The translations under genes and the position numbers were made by a program. 64,000 nucleotides of DNA, from NCBI GenBank assembly GCA_965237445.1, contig OZ250142.1, positions 176,153 to 240,152 on the forward strand, read 5' to 3'. Numbering within the stretch: the stretch's first letter is position 1; the number at the start of each line of letters is the position of its first letter. Of this stretch, positions 27,338 through 37,120 are shown in pieces. This DNA comes from Dehalococcoidia bacterium (GTDB taxonomy: Bacteria > Chloroflexota > Dehalococcoidia > Lucifugimonadales > G963668185). The notes under the pieces are model-generated. The model searched no databases. It was given only the letters and a program-made list of their open reading frames with translations, and was not told where the DNA came from.

Positions 27338-28267
27338 CTAGAAGCCGGTGCCAAGAACCCTGGGCACCAGCGTGTCCATCTCTTCCATCGTGAAGTTGCC
27401 GAACTTATGAATCGCCCTCTCCACCTCCGGATTGGAGTAGACGAATATGCTGCCTCGTCTCACGCCCAGCACGTTGCCGTTGATCTGCGCAGCCGCCTCC
27501 GTGCACAGGTACACGGCTAAAGGCGCCACGTTCTCGGGATCGTCCGGCCCGCCATCGCCTTCCCACTCAGTCCCCTCCAGTGGGGGGAACGGCCCGATGC
27601 CCGCCCTCTCATCCGGTGTCGGCGAGACGCCGGAGGCTACTCGGTATTCGTCAACAGTTCCGGGGAACAGGCGCGTCTCCACCATCGGCGAGATCGCATT
27701 GCAGGTTACGCCGTATCGCCCCATGTCGCGTGCGACCGTCCGCGTGAGGCCGATGATGCCCTCCGATGCGGCGGCGTAGTGGGAGCGGCCGATGTCCCCA
27801 AGTCCGGCGTCCGACGTCAAGTTCACAACCCGTCCGCCACGCTGCTGCCTGAACAGGATAGCCGCGAACTTTGTCGGGGCGAAGTTCCCCTTGACGTTGT
27901 TTCTGATGACCAGGTCAAACTCACCCGGCGTCATCTGGTAGATCATCCGGTCTCGGAGAATGCCGGCGCTGTTGATCAGGATGTCCACGTGGTCGTAAGT
28001 GTCCACGGCGGTCCTGATCAGGTTCTCCGCGCCGTCCATCAAAGCCACGTTGTCGTAATTCGCAACGGCCGCGCCTCCACGGCTGTTGATGTCCTCAACC
28101 GCGCGGTCCGCCGGGGTGTTGGACTCGCCGGTACCGTCCACGTCGCAACCCAGGTCGTTGACCACGACCGAAGCTCCTTCGTCCGCCAGCAGAAGCGCGA
28201 TGCCTCGGCCTATGCCTCGTCCGCCTCCGGTGACCACCGCCACCTTTCCGTCAAGCCGGTTTCCCAT
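27338..28267 (-). CDS. SDR family oxidoreductase with a C-terminal extension (paralogue of 26312-27271)
   Basis: ATG 28267 is preceded by an AAGGAG RBS. Motifs are VTGGGRGIG, NDLGCDVDGTG and YAAASEG. Confidence 0.8.
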   Translation of the reverse strand: MGNRLDGKVAVVTGGGRGIGRGIALLLADEGASVVVNDLGCDVDGTGESNTPADRAVEDINSRGGAAVANYDNVALMDGAENLIRTAVDTYDHVDILINSAGILRDRMIYQMTPGEFDLVIRNNVKGNFAPTKFAAILFRQQRGGRVVNLTSDAGLGDIGRSHYAAASEGIIGLTRTVARDMGRYGVTCNAISPMVETRLFPGTVDEYRVASGVSPTPDERAGIGPFPPLEGTEWEGDGGPDDPENVAPLAVYLCTEAAAQINGNVLGVRRGSIFVYSNPEVERAIHKFGNFTMEEMDTLVPRVLGTGF

Positions 28268-28397
28268 GCCTGTAAACTCCTTGCCTCGGATGGTTGCGGC
28301 GCTTGCGCCGCGGCTGTATCCCAAATCTCGTAAAGTAGCGATCATTATAACGCCTTGCCCAACTGGGTGTTAATCTGATCGGACGGAGTGCCGACAC

Positions 28398-29084
28398 ATG
28401 ATCCATAAGGAATTTGAGTGTGACTTCTACCTGATCAGGCACGGTCAGTCAGAGTCGAACGCCCGGCCGGGACTACTGGCTGGAGATGACTTCGACTCCG
28501 ATCTCACGCGTAAGGGAGAGGAGCAGGCTCGCAGATTGGGATCTCGCTTTGCCGCGGAGGGTATGAAGTTCGACCGGATTTACGCATCCACGTACAGGCG
28601 CGCCATCAAGACGGCTCGCATCATGGTTACGGAGATGGGCCATCCTGAGTTCCATATCCCGGAGGTCCCCGCCCTGAGAGAGCACGATGGGCCAGCCGAA
28701 TGGCGCGGCAAACGGATCGAAGATGTCTTGACGCCCGAACTGCGCGCCTACATGGCCGCGAAGGCCAGCGATTACAAGCCGGTGGGCGGAGAGAGTTTAC
28801 GGGAGGTCGAGCGAAGGGTCTCCGGGTGGCTGGAAGAAGAGCTCATCTTCAACCCGGAACTGGCCGCGAGGCCTGTCTCAATGACGGTTGCCATAGTCGG
28901 CCATGGCACGGCCACTCTGTGTCTGATGCGCTACATCCTGGGATTCGATCAACGGATGATCTGGCGGACGTCGCTGGACAACTGCTCCATCTCGCGCTTC
29001 CGGTTCGACAGCCGAGGCTGGTCGCTGATCTCGATCAACGACGCCGTGCACATCTCAGACCTGGATTGCGCCGCCGAGGACTAG
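28398..29084 (+). CDS. histidine phosphatase family protein (phosphoglycerate mutase-like)
   Basis: 228 aa with the LIRHGQSESN catalytic RHG motif. The stop TAG 29082-29084 lies in the CTAG that flanks the IS. Confidence 0.8.
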   Translation: MIHKEFECDFYLIRHGQSESNARPGLLAGDDFDSDLTRKGEEQARRLGSRFAAEGMKFDRIYASTYRRAIKTARIMVTEMGHPEFHIPEVPALREHDGPAEWRGKRIEDVLTPELRAYMAAKASDYKPVGGESLREVERRVSGWLEEELIFNPELAARPVSMTVAIVGHGTATLCLMRYILGFDQRMIWRTSLDNCSISRFRFDSRGWSLISINDAVHISDLDCAAED

Positions 29085-29091
29085 GGCCTGT

Positions 29092-29888
29092 TCACACTAA
29101 TGCATCGAAGATGAGAGCCAACAGTATGAAGCCCAAGAAGAGGGCGTCGAGCTTGTCGAAGCGAGAGAAGATACGGCGGAAGCTCTTCAATCGTCTGAAC
29201 AAGCGCTCGACTTCGTTGCGTCTCTTGTACACCTCTTTGTCGTACTCCCATGGCGCCACCCGTGTCGAGAGTGGCGGGACTACGGGAATGAACCCCAGTT
29301 CCAAGGCTAGTTGGCGTGTCTCGTTCCCCTCGTATGCACGGTCCATCACTACATGCAGGTTCTCTTGCTGCTGTCTGCCCGGCGGGCAGACAGGCCGCAG
29401 ACGACTGAGCAGCTTGCGCCCCTCCGGTGCGTCGTGAGCTTGTCCGGGGGAGAGCGAGAAGGTCATTGCTGTTCGAGCATCCGCGGCAACCATATGAATC
29501 TTGGTGGTCCATCCACCCCGGGACTTGCCGATGGCCTGCGGTCCGTTTTTTTTAACGCACCCGTGCCGTCGGGATGTACCTTGACGATCGTGCTGTCTAG
29601 CGAAATAGCCTCGAGCTTGATACGCACTATCTGTTCCCGTTGCAGGTGTTCGAATACCCTGTCAAGTACACCGTTCTTGGACCAGCGGTTCATGCGAGTG
29701 TAGATGGTGTGCCATTTGCCGAATCGGCGAGGCAACCCTCGCCACTTGCAACCCTGCTCGGCCACGTACAGGATGGCATTGAGCACCTGGAGGTTCGATA
29801 TGCTAACGTTGCCTCGTTGGACGGGCAGGTAGGCGGCGATTCGTTCGTATTGAGCTTCTGTGAGTTCCATCCGCCAATGATAAAACAT
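29092..29888 (-). CDS. IS5/IS427-group transposase (ORFA-ORFB, predicted programmed -1 frameshift)
   Basis: ORFA is 29463-29888 (MELTEAQYERIAAYLP ... CKWRGLPRRFGKWHTIYTRMNRW). ORFB is 29092-29493 (VMDRAYEGNETR ... NEVERLFRRLKSFRRIFSRFDK). A -1 slip on A8 gives the continuous ALKKNGPQAIGKSRGGWTTKIHMVAAD. Confidence 0.85.
29546..29553 (-). other. A8 slippery run (T8 on the + strand), the putative -1 ribosomal frameshift site of the transposase
   Basis: TTTTTTTT at 29546-29553 lies in the overlap of the two transposase frames. Confidence 0.6.
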
Positions 29889-29912
29889 TAGACCCGTTAG
29901 TGTGAACAGGCC

Positions 29913-32570
29913 CTAGGCAGAAGGCCGGCCTTCGTGGTCCACGTGGACGACCGGCAATCCAAGCTCGCCCAGGCCGGGCTCGATGGCTTCGCGGTCACCG
30001 ACGACTAGCACCATCAGCCCGTCGGATGCCAGGTGCTTCGATGCCGCCGCGTTCACTTCTTCGAGCGTGACCGCTTCCAACCGGTCCAGCAAGCCTGTCA
30101 GGTAATCGTCAGGCAGGCCGAACAGGACCTGGCGCGAGAGCTGCGCCATGAGCTGCCGGCGCGACTCGAACCCTGATGGGAAGCCGCGTATCAGGCCGTC
30201 GCGTGAGGAATGGAACTCCTCCTCGGAAATGGGCCTGTCCTTCACCACTTCGGCAAACTCCCGCAGTACCTCCTCCACCGACTCCCGCGTGACAGCCGTC
30301 TGGACTGCGCCGCCCGCGAGAAACGCGGATGGGCCGTTGCGCCAGTCGATTGAAGACATGAACCCGTAGCTGTATCCCTTGTCCTGCCGGAGGTTTGCGT
30401 TCAGCCTGGCCGAGTAATTGCCGCCGAAGGCGTCGTTCAGAAGCACAAATGCGTGGTAGTCGGGATGGGAGCGCGGCAAGGTCACGAAGCCGGCGTAGAG
30501 GACGGACTGCGCAGCGCCCGGCTTGTCGGCCAGGTAGATCGTAGTCGTGCGAGGCGCGGCTGCGTCACCCTCCTCCGGCCTGCGGGTGCCTGAACCGGAG
30601 GCGTTCGACCAGCTCCCAAAGTAGCGGTCCGCCTTCTCAATCGCTTCGTCCGGCGTGATGTCCCCTGCGAAGATTAGCGTGGCTTCGGCGGGACCGTACC
30701 CGGACGCGAAGTGCCCCGCAACTTCGTCTCTGCTGAACCCAGACACGGACTCCGCCGTACCGATGGCAGGATGTCCGATGGGCGAGTCCGGGCCGTAGAG
30801 CAACGCCCGGACAGCACGTCGCGCGATAGCGGACGGATCGTCGGAGATGCGCCGCAGGTCGGTAAGCCTCTCTTTGCGTACGCGTTCCAACTCATGCTCG
30901 GGGAACGTGGGGTTCAGCACCACATCGGCAAACACTTCCATTGCGTCTTCCCATTTGGATGTAAGCGCGCCCGTCGCGACCGACGAAAATTCGCGCGATG
31001 AGGTGGCCGACAACTCAGTGCCGAGGTACTCCATACGGGAAGCGATCTCCTGGCTGCTTCTGGAACCCGCTCCTTCCAGCAGCATCGTCATGGCGAGGTG
31101 GTCCAGTCCCGGCCTGCCCATCGGGTCGGTTTGCGCGCCGCCCCTAAGGAACATGCCGGTGGAGACCACAGGAATGTCTGCCTTGGACGCAACAAGTATG
31201 TCTACGCCGTTCGCCAGGCGCGACCTGACAGGCACCGGGGGAGAAAACGAAGGCCGCGCTCCTGCGGCGGGCACAGCCGTGCGGTCAACGCTCGTCGTCG
31301 ACGGGGCATGGCCGCTCTGCGGCAAGACCGAGAGTCGGACCACGTTGTCTCCCAACATGCTGGCGGCTCTCTGGATGTCCTCGGGCTCGATTGACATGTA
31401 CCTTTCCAGGTCCCGGTTGATCGCCTCCGGCTCGCCCATGTACGTATTGAACAGGTTCAGCATGTCTGCACGGCCGCCGAATCCGCCGACCCGTTCCATC
31501 TGCATGACGTGATGGCTCTCGATCCGGTTCTTCGCCCGCTGGACCTCCTCTTCTGTCGGAGGCCGGGAGCGCAACGCGTCCAGCTCACGCTCCAATTCCG
31601 ACTCGATCTCTTCCAGCGAGTGGCCGGGCGCCGCCGTGACCTGGATGATGAACTCCCCCGCGATCTCCTGGCCGTGGTTGTATACGGCAACGTCCCTCGC
31701 AATCTGCTTTTCGTACACCAGTGAGCTATGAAGCCTCGAGCTCTTGCCGTCTCCCAGAATCACGCCGAGGGCGTCGAGTGCCGGCTCGGCATCGCCGAAC
31801 ACCGGAGCCGACGGCCAGACCATGTACAGCCTTGATAGTTGGACCCGGTCCGTCGTCGAAAGGTGCACTCGTCCCCGGAGGTCCGAGTCCATGCGGCCGA
31901 TGCGCTGCACTTCCGGGCCGGGAGGCAGGCTCCCAAAATACTTCTCCACCAGGTCCAGAACACGCGCGGGTTCGATGTCTCCCGCAATTGCAAGGCTCGC
32001 ATTTGAAGGCGAATAGAACCTGGAAAAGAAATCCTTGACGTCGTCCAGCGACGCGGCGTCCAGGTCTTCCTGCGAACCGATGGTCATCCAGTTGTAAGGG
32101 TGAGGCAGCGGGAACACAGCCGGCTGGATAAGCATCTGGGAGAGACCGTACGGACGGTTCTCGTAACTCTGACGACGCTCGTTCTTCACCACGTCCCGCT
32201 GTACATCGAACCGCTGTTGGTCGAGCGCCTCCAGCAGGAAGCCCATGCGGTCCGCTTCGAGCCACAGTGCCAGTTCCAGGTAGTTTGAGGGCACGTTCTC
32301 CCAGTAGTTAGTCTTGTCATTGCTGGTGGAGCCGTTCAGGTTGGCGCCAACCTTCTGGAGCGGCTCGAAGTGGCCTTCGCTGTTGTGCTTCGACCCCTCG
32401 AACATGACGTGCTCGAACAGGTGGGCAAAGCCGGTCTTCCCGGGCTCCTCGTTCTTGGAGCCCACGTGGTACCAGATGTTGACGGCCGCCACAGGCAGGC
32501 TGTGGTCTTCGTGCAGTATCAGGTCCAGCCCGTTCGAAAGCGTGTGCTTTTCGAAGCTGATTGCGCTCAT
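29913..32570 (-). CDS. M16 family zinc metallopeptidase (two fused insulinase halves)
   Basis: 885 aa. The N-terminal HLFEHVMFEG (HxxEH) is followed by NGSTSNDKTNY. The second half is M16C-like and lacks HxxEH. Confidence 0.85.
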   Translation of the reverse strand: MSAISFEKHTLSNGLDLILHEDHSLPVAAVNIWYHVGSKNEEPGKTGFAHLFEHVMFEGSKHNSEGHFEPLQKVGANLNGSTSNDKTNYWENVPSNYLELALWLEADRMGFLLEALDQQRFDVQRDVVKNERRQSYENRPYGLSQMLIQPAVFPLPHPYNWMTIGSQEDLDAASLDDVKDFFSRFYSPSNASLAIAGDIEPARVLDLVEKYFGSLPPGPEVQRIGRMDSDLRGRVHLSTTDRVQLSRLYMVWPSAPVFGDAEPALDALGVILGDGKSSRLHSSLVYEKQIARDVAVYNHGQEIAGEFIIQVTAAPGHSLEEIESELERELDALRSRPPTEEEVQRAKNRIESHHVMQMERVGGFGGRADMLNLFNTYMGEPEAINRDLERYMSIEPEDIQRAASMLGDNVVRLSVLPQSGHAPSTTSVDRTAVPAAGARPSFSPPVPVRSRLANGVDILVASKADIPVVSTGMFLRGGAQTDPMGRPGLDHLAMTMLLEGAGSRSSQEIASRMEYLGTELSATSSREFSSVATGALTSKWEDAMEVFADVVLNPTFPEHELERVRKERLTDLRRISDDPSAIARRAVRALLYGPDSPIGHPAIGTAESVSGFSRDEVAGHFASGYGPAEATLIFAGDITPDEAIEKADRYFGSWSNASGSGTRRPEEGDAAAPRTTTIYLADKPGAAQSVLYAGFVTLPRSHPDYHAFVLLNDAFGGNYSARLNANLRQDKGYSYGFMSSIDWRNGPSAFLAGGAVQTAVTRESVEEVLREFAEVVKDRPISEEEFHSSRDGLIRGFPSGFESRRQLMAQLSRQVLFGLPDDYLTGLLDRLEAVTLEEVNAAASKHLASDGLMVLVVGDREAIEPGLGELGLPVVHVDHEGRPSA

Positions 32571-32578
32571 CTACTCTC

Positions 32579-33658
32579 CTATGCTCTGTGGGGCAGTACT
32601 TCGGCCAGGCAATCTATTACCTGCTCCAGTTCTCCGGGCTCGCACCGTCCCATGTGGCCTATGCGGATGATCTTGCCCGCGAGTTGCTGCTGCCCTCCCG
32701 CCAGCACCACCCCGTGAACATTGTTCATGCGCGAAATAAGGTCACCGCAGTCCACGTCCTCCGGGACACGGACGGCCGTAACGGTATCTGACGCAACGCT
32801 CTCTTCAGGCAGAAGTTCGAGTCCGAGCGACTTCACTCCGTCCCTTACCAGTTGCCCCATCTGCCTGTGCCGCTCAAACACTACGCCCATGCCCTCGGAG
32901 ACCAGCTCTTCGAGTACGTAGTCCAGCGCGAACATCTGCGAGACCGCCGGCGTGAACGGAGGCTGTCCGATGTCCAGGTACCGCCGGTACTCGGCCATGT
33001 CGAAGTAGAACTTTGGCATCTTGGAGGTCTCATGAGCCTCCCAAGCCTGGTCGCTGAAGCTGAGGAAGGCAAGTCCCGGAGGAAGGCCCCAGCCCTTCTG
33101 TGACGCCGTTGCAACTGCATCGCAGCCCCAAGCATCGGTCCGCAGCGGGAGCGAGCACACGCTGCTGATGCCGTCCACAAGGAGCAGTGCGTCCGACTCC
33201 TCCTTCACGGCGGCGCTGATGGCCTTCATGTCATTCATCACTCCGGTGGAGGTCTCGTTCTGCGTCACCAGCACCGCTTTGGGTGAAGGGTCATCCTTCA
33301 GGACCGCCCTGAGTTTGTCCGGGTCAACCGCCTCGCCATCGGGGAACTTCAGCCACGTCACGTCCGCGCCATAAATCTCGGCGATCTGTCCGAACCGCTC
33401 GCCGAACACCCCGACCGATACGCACAGCACTCTGTCACCGGGAGAAAGCGTGTTGACGACGGCCGCCTCCATCGCGCCCGTCCCGGACGAGGTCATGATG
33501 TACACGCCGCCGGACGTCTCGAACACCGTCTGCAGGCGCTCGGTGACGCGCTCCAGGATGGCGGCGAACTCCGGGCCCCGGTGGTTGATCATGGGCCCGG
33601 TCATTGTTTGCAAGACGTCGTCGACCACGGGGATGGGGCCCGGGATACGGAGGTTCAA
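32579..33658 (-). CDS. class V aminotransferase (alanine-glyoxylate / serine-pyruvate aminotransferase-like)
   Basis: 359 aa with SSGTGAMEA, LLVDGISS and SQKGWGLPPGLAF (PLP-Lys region). Confidence 0.8.
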   Translation of the reverse strand: MNLRIPGPIPVVDDVLQTMTGPMINHRGPEFAAILERVTERLQTVFETSGGVYIMTSSGTGAMEAAVVNTLSPGDRVLCVSVGVFGERFGQIAEIYGADVTWLKFPDGEAVDPDKLRAVLKDDPSPKAVLVTQNETSTGVMNDMKAISAAVKEESDALLLVDGISSVCSLPLRTDAWGCDAVATASQKGWGLPPGLAFLSFSDQAWEAHETSKMPKFYFDMAEYRRYLDIGQPPFTPAVSQMFALDYVLEELVSEGMGVVFERHRQMGQLVRDGVKSLGLELLPEESVASDTVTAVRVPEDVDCGDLISRMNNVHGVVLAGGQQQLAGKIIRIGHMGRCEPGELEQVIDCLAEVLPHRA

Positions 33659-33661
33659 AAG

Positions 33662-34996
33662 CTAATCCTCTATGCGTACAAGGCGGTACTCCCTTGCGCC
33701 CCGCCTCAGGATAATGACCTTGCCTTCAATGCTATGTTCAAGCGTAACTCGGAACCGTACGTCGTTTACCCGCCGGTTGTTGAGGTAAATCCCACCGCCC
33801 TGGATCGACCTGCGAGCGTCCCCACTGGATGGCGAGAGTCCCGTCCCTCCAATCAAGTCTTGGAGTCGCACGCCTTCGCCTTCAAACCGTTGCCTGGAAA
33901 CAGAGAGATGCGGCGCGTCCTCCATGATCTCGGAAACCTCTTCGGCGCTGAGGCCGGCCACGTCGCCGCCGAACAGCACCTCGGACGCCCGGACTGCTCC
34001 CGCCAATGACGTTTCGCCGTGGACCATTCGAGTGACCTCGGAGGCAAGCCGGCGTTGCGCCGTCCTTTCCTCCGGCTTCGATGCGGCCGCACGCTCCAGT
34101 TCATTAATCTCATCGAGCTTAATCAGCGTGAACAGTCTCAGGAACTTGCCAACGTCCCTGTCGTCGGTGTTGAACCAGTACTGGTAGAACCTGAATGGCG
34201 ATGTCTTGTTAGGGTCAAGCCACACCGAGCCTCCCCCAACCGACTTGCCGAACTTCTCACCCGTGGCCGTCAGCAGCAGAGGCGCGGCCAGCACGTGGGC
34301 CTGCACTCCCTTAACGCGGCGGAGCAGTTCAACACCTGTGGTCAGGTTGCCCCACTGATCGCTGCCGCCCATCTGGAGCTTGCACCCGTACCTGTCGTAC
34401 AGCGTAAGAAAGTCGAATGCCTGGAGCAGCGGGTAGCTGAACTCTGTGAAGGAGATGCCCTCCTCCTGCTCCATCCGCAGCCTTACCGACTCCTTCGCCT
34501 GCATGTAATTGATCGTGAAGTGCTTGCCGACGTCCCTCAGGAAGTCCAGGAGGTTCATGCCGTCTAGCCAGTCCGCGTTGTTGATCAGCATCGCGGAGTT
34601 GCTTCCGGCTTCGAAGTCCAGGAACTTCTCTAGCTGGCTCCGTATACCTTGCAGGTTGGCCTCGGCCTCCTCGCGGCTCAGTACGGGCCGCTCCGCGGAC
34701 CGGCCGCCCGGGTCGCCTATGAGGCCCGTCCCGCCGCCGACGATACCGATGGGCCTGTGACCGTGCCGCTGCAAATGCACAAGCAGCATGATGGGCACGA
34801 GGTTCCCGGCGTGCAGGCTGTCCGCCGTCGGATCGAACCCGATGTATCCGGTGACCTTCTCTTCGGAGAAAAGGGCTTCGAGCCCTGGCGTGACGCTCTC
34901 TTCGCCCGTCGCGGACTTGTGCACCAGGCCGCGCGCTCTCATCTCGTCCAGGATCGCGGCGCGCCCCGTATGTCTTGTGGTGGTCTTCGATGCCAT
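33662..34996 (-). CDS. tyrS: tyrosine--tRNA ligase
   Basis: It has an HIGH-like motif (DSLHAGNLV), KFGKS (KMSKS-like) and a C-terminal S4 domain. ATG 34996 is preferred over 35029, which would overlap the upstream gene. Confidence 0.9.
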   Translation of the reverse strand: MASKTTTRHTGRAAILDEMRARGLVHKSATGEESVTPGLEALFSEEKVTGYIGFDPTADSLHAGNLVPIMLLVHLQRHGHRPIGIVGGGTGLIGDPGGRSAERPVLSREEAEANLQGIRSQLEKFLDFEAGSNSAMLINNADWLDGMNLLDFLRDVGKHFTINYMQAKESVRLRMEQEEGISFTEFSYPLLQAFDFLTLYDRYGCKLQMGGSDQWGNLTTGVELLRRVKGVQAHVLAAPLLLTATGEKFGKSVGGGSVWLDPNKTSPFRFYQYWFNTDDRDVGKFLRLFTLIKLDEINELERAAASKPEERTAQRRLASEVTRMVHGETSLAGAVRASEVLFGGDVAGLSAEEVSEIMEDAPHLSVSRQRFEGEGVRLQDLIGGTGLSPSSGDARRSIQGGGIYLNNRRVNDVRFRVTLEHSIEGKVIILRRGAREYRLVRIED

Positions 34997-35006
34997 AAAT
35001 CTCGCC

Positions 35007-35504
35007 CTACTGGGTATGTCCGACGTCAAGCGTGCCGGCGAAGCTGGATTCGAGCAACGCCCTCGTCTGATCGACGTCCCTCTGGATCTGTGCGATTAGC
35101 GGTCCGATGCCTTCGTACTGGACTTCGTCTCGAAGCTTCTTCACCAATTCCAGTTCTATGCTCTGCCCGTAAATGTCCTTGTCGAAGTCCAGCAGATATG
35201 CCTCTACGGCCTGCTTTTTCTCCTCGAACGTCGGATTCACCCCTATGCTGACCGCCGCCATGTACCTCCCGTCGCTGACATGGGCCCACGCAGCGTAAAT
35301 GCCGTTGCTGGGGAGCTCAGGACCGTGACTCAGATCGAGGTTGGCCGTCGGAAATCCAAGCTCCCTGCCGCGTCCGAACCCGCGAGCGACTACGCCCGAC
35401 ACGTGGCAGTCCCCGCCGGATTCAGGCGAGCCTTCAGACTCCCCGGCACTGTGGCCCGCATCGGCCATACCATCACTGCTGTTTCGCGTCGTTCGCACGG
35501 CCAT
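35007..35504 (-). CDS. monofunctional riboflavin kinase (RibF C-terminal-domain-like)
   Basis: GVVARGFGRGRELGFPTANL ... IYAAWA ... SIGVNPTF ... VEAYLLDFDKDIYGQSIELELVKKLRDE. No FAD-synthetase domain is present upstream. The Gly/Ser/Glu-rich N-terminus makes the start uncertain. Confidence 0.8.
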   Translation of the reverse strand: MAVRTTRNSSDGMADAGHSAGESEGSPESGGDCHVSGVVARGFGRGRELGFPTANLDLSHGPELPSNGIYAAWAHVSDGRYMAAVSIGVNPTFEEKKQAVEAYLLDFDKDIYGQSIELELVKKLRDEVQYEGIGPLIAQIQRDVDQTRALLESSFAGTLDVGHTQ

Positions 35505-35534
35505 TAAAGTGTACCCAAATCTCGGCCCGATTGG

Positions 35535-36734
35535 TCAATTCCCTGGCAATTCCGCGAGGCTCCGTGCGTCCGAACCAGTGATCAGTCGCCCGAACGCCAG
35601 GCTTACAGGCAAGATAAGCGCAGTCGCGGCGCTCATCGCGAGTATCGCAATGCGAAGATTGAACACGTCGGCTATCCGTCCGTAGAGCACGGGCGCAGCT
35701 ATCGAGCCTCCCTCGTTGGTGGTGTAGAAGTAGCCGTACATCCGCGCCCGGCGTCTGGGCGGAATCAGCCCCGCCACCGTCGCGTACAGCACTGAAGACG
35801 TGCCGTTAAGTCCGAGTCCAAGTAGCAGGACCAGCGGAATTAAAGCCTGTACGGGCGCAAAGATCACGGCAACGAGGAGCACCGCTGTCAGGCCCTTGCT
35901 CCACCAAATCAGCCGCACCGGCTCGAAACGCTCGCCGAGCCAGCCGCAAACGAACTTCCCGGCTGCGCCCCCAACGAACAGGATGAACAGCATCAAGCTG
36001 ATCCGGCCGAAGGACATGCCTTTGTCCTCCAGGACGAACGGCAGAAACGCCAGCGAACCTCCCCTCGCCATTGAGTCCAGGAACCCAATCAGGCTCAGCG
36101 CCAGGAACCCCCTGAAGTTGCCGCCCTCGTCCGGAAGTTCAACGCCCGGCTCTGAGGTTGGGTCGGCAACCGGAATATCCACGGCTCGCCGCGTCAGTGC
36201 CAGCGCTCCGATGAACGCAGCGCCCGCAATCCCGGCTGCGCGGATCGTCCCGCGCCAGCCGAGCCCGTCGGCCAGCAGACCGCCCACAGCCGGTGCCGCC
36301 ATCTTGCCCAGGTCGCCGGCGAAGTTCACGGTTCCCACGGCGGTGGACCGTCCTTTGTCGTCGTAGGCCCGCGACACCATGCTGGAAGCCAGGGGATGCT
36401 GCGTGCCGCCGCCCAGGCCAACAACGAAGCTCACGACTAGGAGCAGAAGGAATGTGGGCATGACTGCCACGAGCAGCAACCCAAGCGCCACCCAAAGATT
36501 GCCGCCGATCAGCAGCCAGAACTCGCCGGTGAACTCCGCTGCCCAGCCCGCGGGGACCTGCAGCACCGCGCTGGAACCAGTGAAGACCGACTTCAGGATG
36601 CCCACCTCGGTGTAGGAGAGGGCTAGGTCGGGATCGTCTCGCATCAGGGGCAGCAGCGGAACGATTAGCGTGAAGAAGAAATCGCTCCACACGTGAGTGG
36701 CGGAGCCGAAGACCAGGGTGCGCCGTGGGTGCAC
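35535..36734 (-). CDS. MFS transporter
   Basis: 399 aa with about 12 hydrophobic helices and an MFS-type loop (GWLGERFEPVR). Confidence 0.75.
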   Translation of the reverse strand: MHPRRTLVFGSATHVWSDFFFTLIVPLLPLMRDDPDLALSYTEVGILKSVFTGSSAVLQVPAGWAAEFTGEFWLLIGGNLWVALGLLLVAVMPTFLLLLVVSFVVGLGGGTQHPLASSMVSRAYDDKGRSTAVGTVNFAGDLGKMAAPAVGGLLADGLGWRGTIRAAGIAGAAFIGALALTRRAVDIPVADPTSEPGVELPDEGGNFRGFLALSLIGFLDSMARGGSLAFLPFVLEDKGMSFGRISLMLFILFVGGAAGKFVCGWLGERFEPVRLIWWSKGLTAVLLVAVIFAPVQALIPLVLLLGLGLNGTSSVLYATVAGLIPPRRRARMYGYFYTTNEGGSIAAPVLYGRIADVFNLRIAILAMSAATALILPVSLAFGRLITGSDARSLAELPGN

Positions 36735-36739
36735 CCCCG

Positions 36740-37111
36740 CTATGACTCCGAGCTTTGGCTTCTCAGGTTCACCGCATCCTTGGCGTAGACGTTGACCACT
36801 TCGGACGCCCGCTTATCGGAGTTGGCGATCAGGAGAACTCGGATGCACTTTGGCAGACCGCCGGGCACTTTCATCTCGTGGGCGCAAAGCAGCGCAACGT
36901 ACTCCCATCCCAACCCCTCCCGCGCGGCGAGCGCCGGGAAGTGGGCGTTCAGGTCCTCGGTCGTCGTAAAGAAGCAGGCGGCCACGTCCTCCGCGTCGAT
37001 CGCGTTCGCCTCAACGATCTGCTTGAGCAGGTCTGCCGTAGCCTCGGAAATCGACTCCTTCGTGTTCTCATCCGCGGTCGTCGCTCCCCTGATTCCAACA
37101 ACTCGAGACAT
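36740..37111 (-). CDS. aroH: chorismate mutase, AroH class
   Basis: 123 aa. VGIRGATTADENTKESI ... FFTTTEDLNAHFPA ... KCIRVLL is collinear with Bacillus AroH. Confidence 0.85.
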   Translation of the reverse strand: MSRVVGIRGATTADENTKESISEATADLLKQIVEANAIDAEDVAACFFTTTEDLNAHFPALAAREGLGWEYVALLCAHEMKVPGGLPKCIRVLLIANSDKRASEVVNVYAKDAVNLRSQSSES

Positions 37112-37120
37112 GTGCGGTTT

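Larger units (their letters stand above)
29085..29912 (-). mobile_element. IS5-family (IS427-group) insertion sequence, 828 bp, apparently intact
   Basis: Perfect 16-bp terminal inverted repeats, GGCCTGTTCACACTAA (29085-29100) and TTAGTGTGAACAGGCC (29897-29912), are flanked on both sides by CTAG (29081-29084 and 29913-29916). Two overlapping transposase ORFs are joined by an A8 slippery run. Confidence 0.85.
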
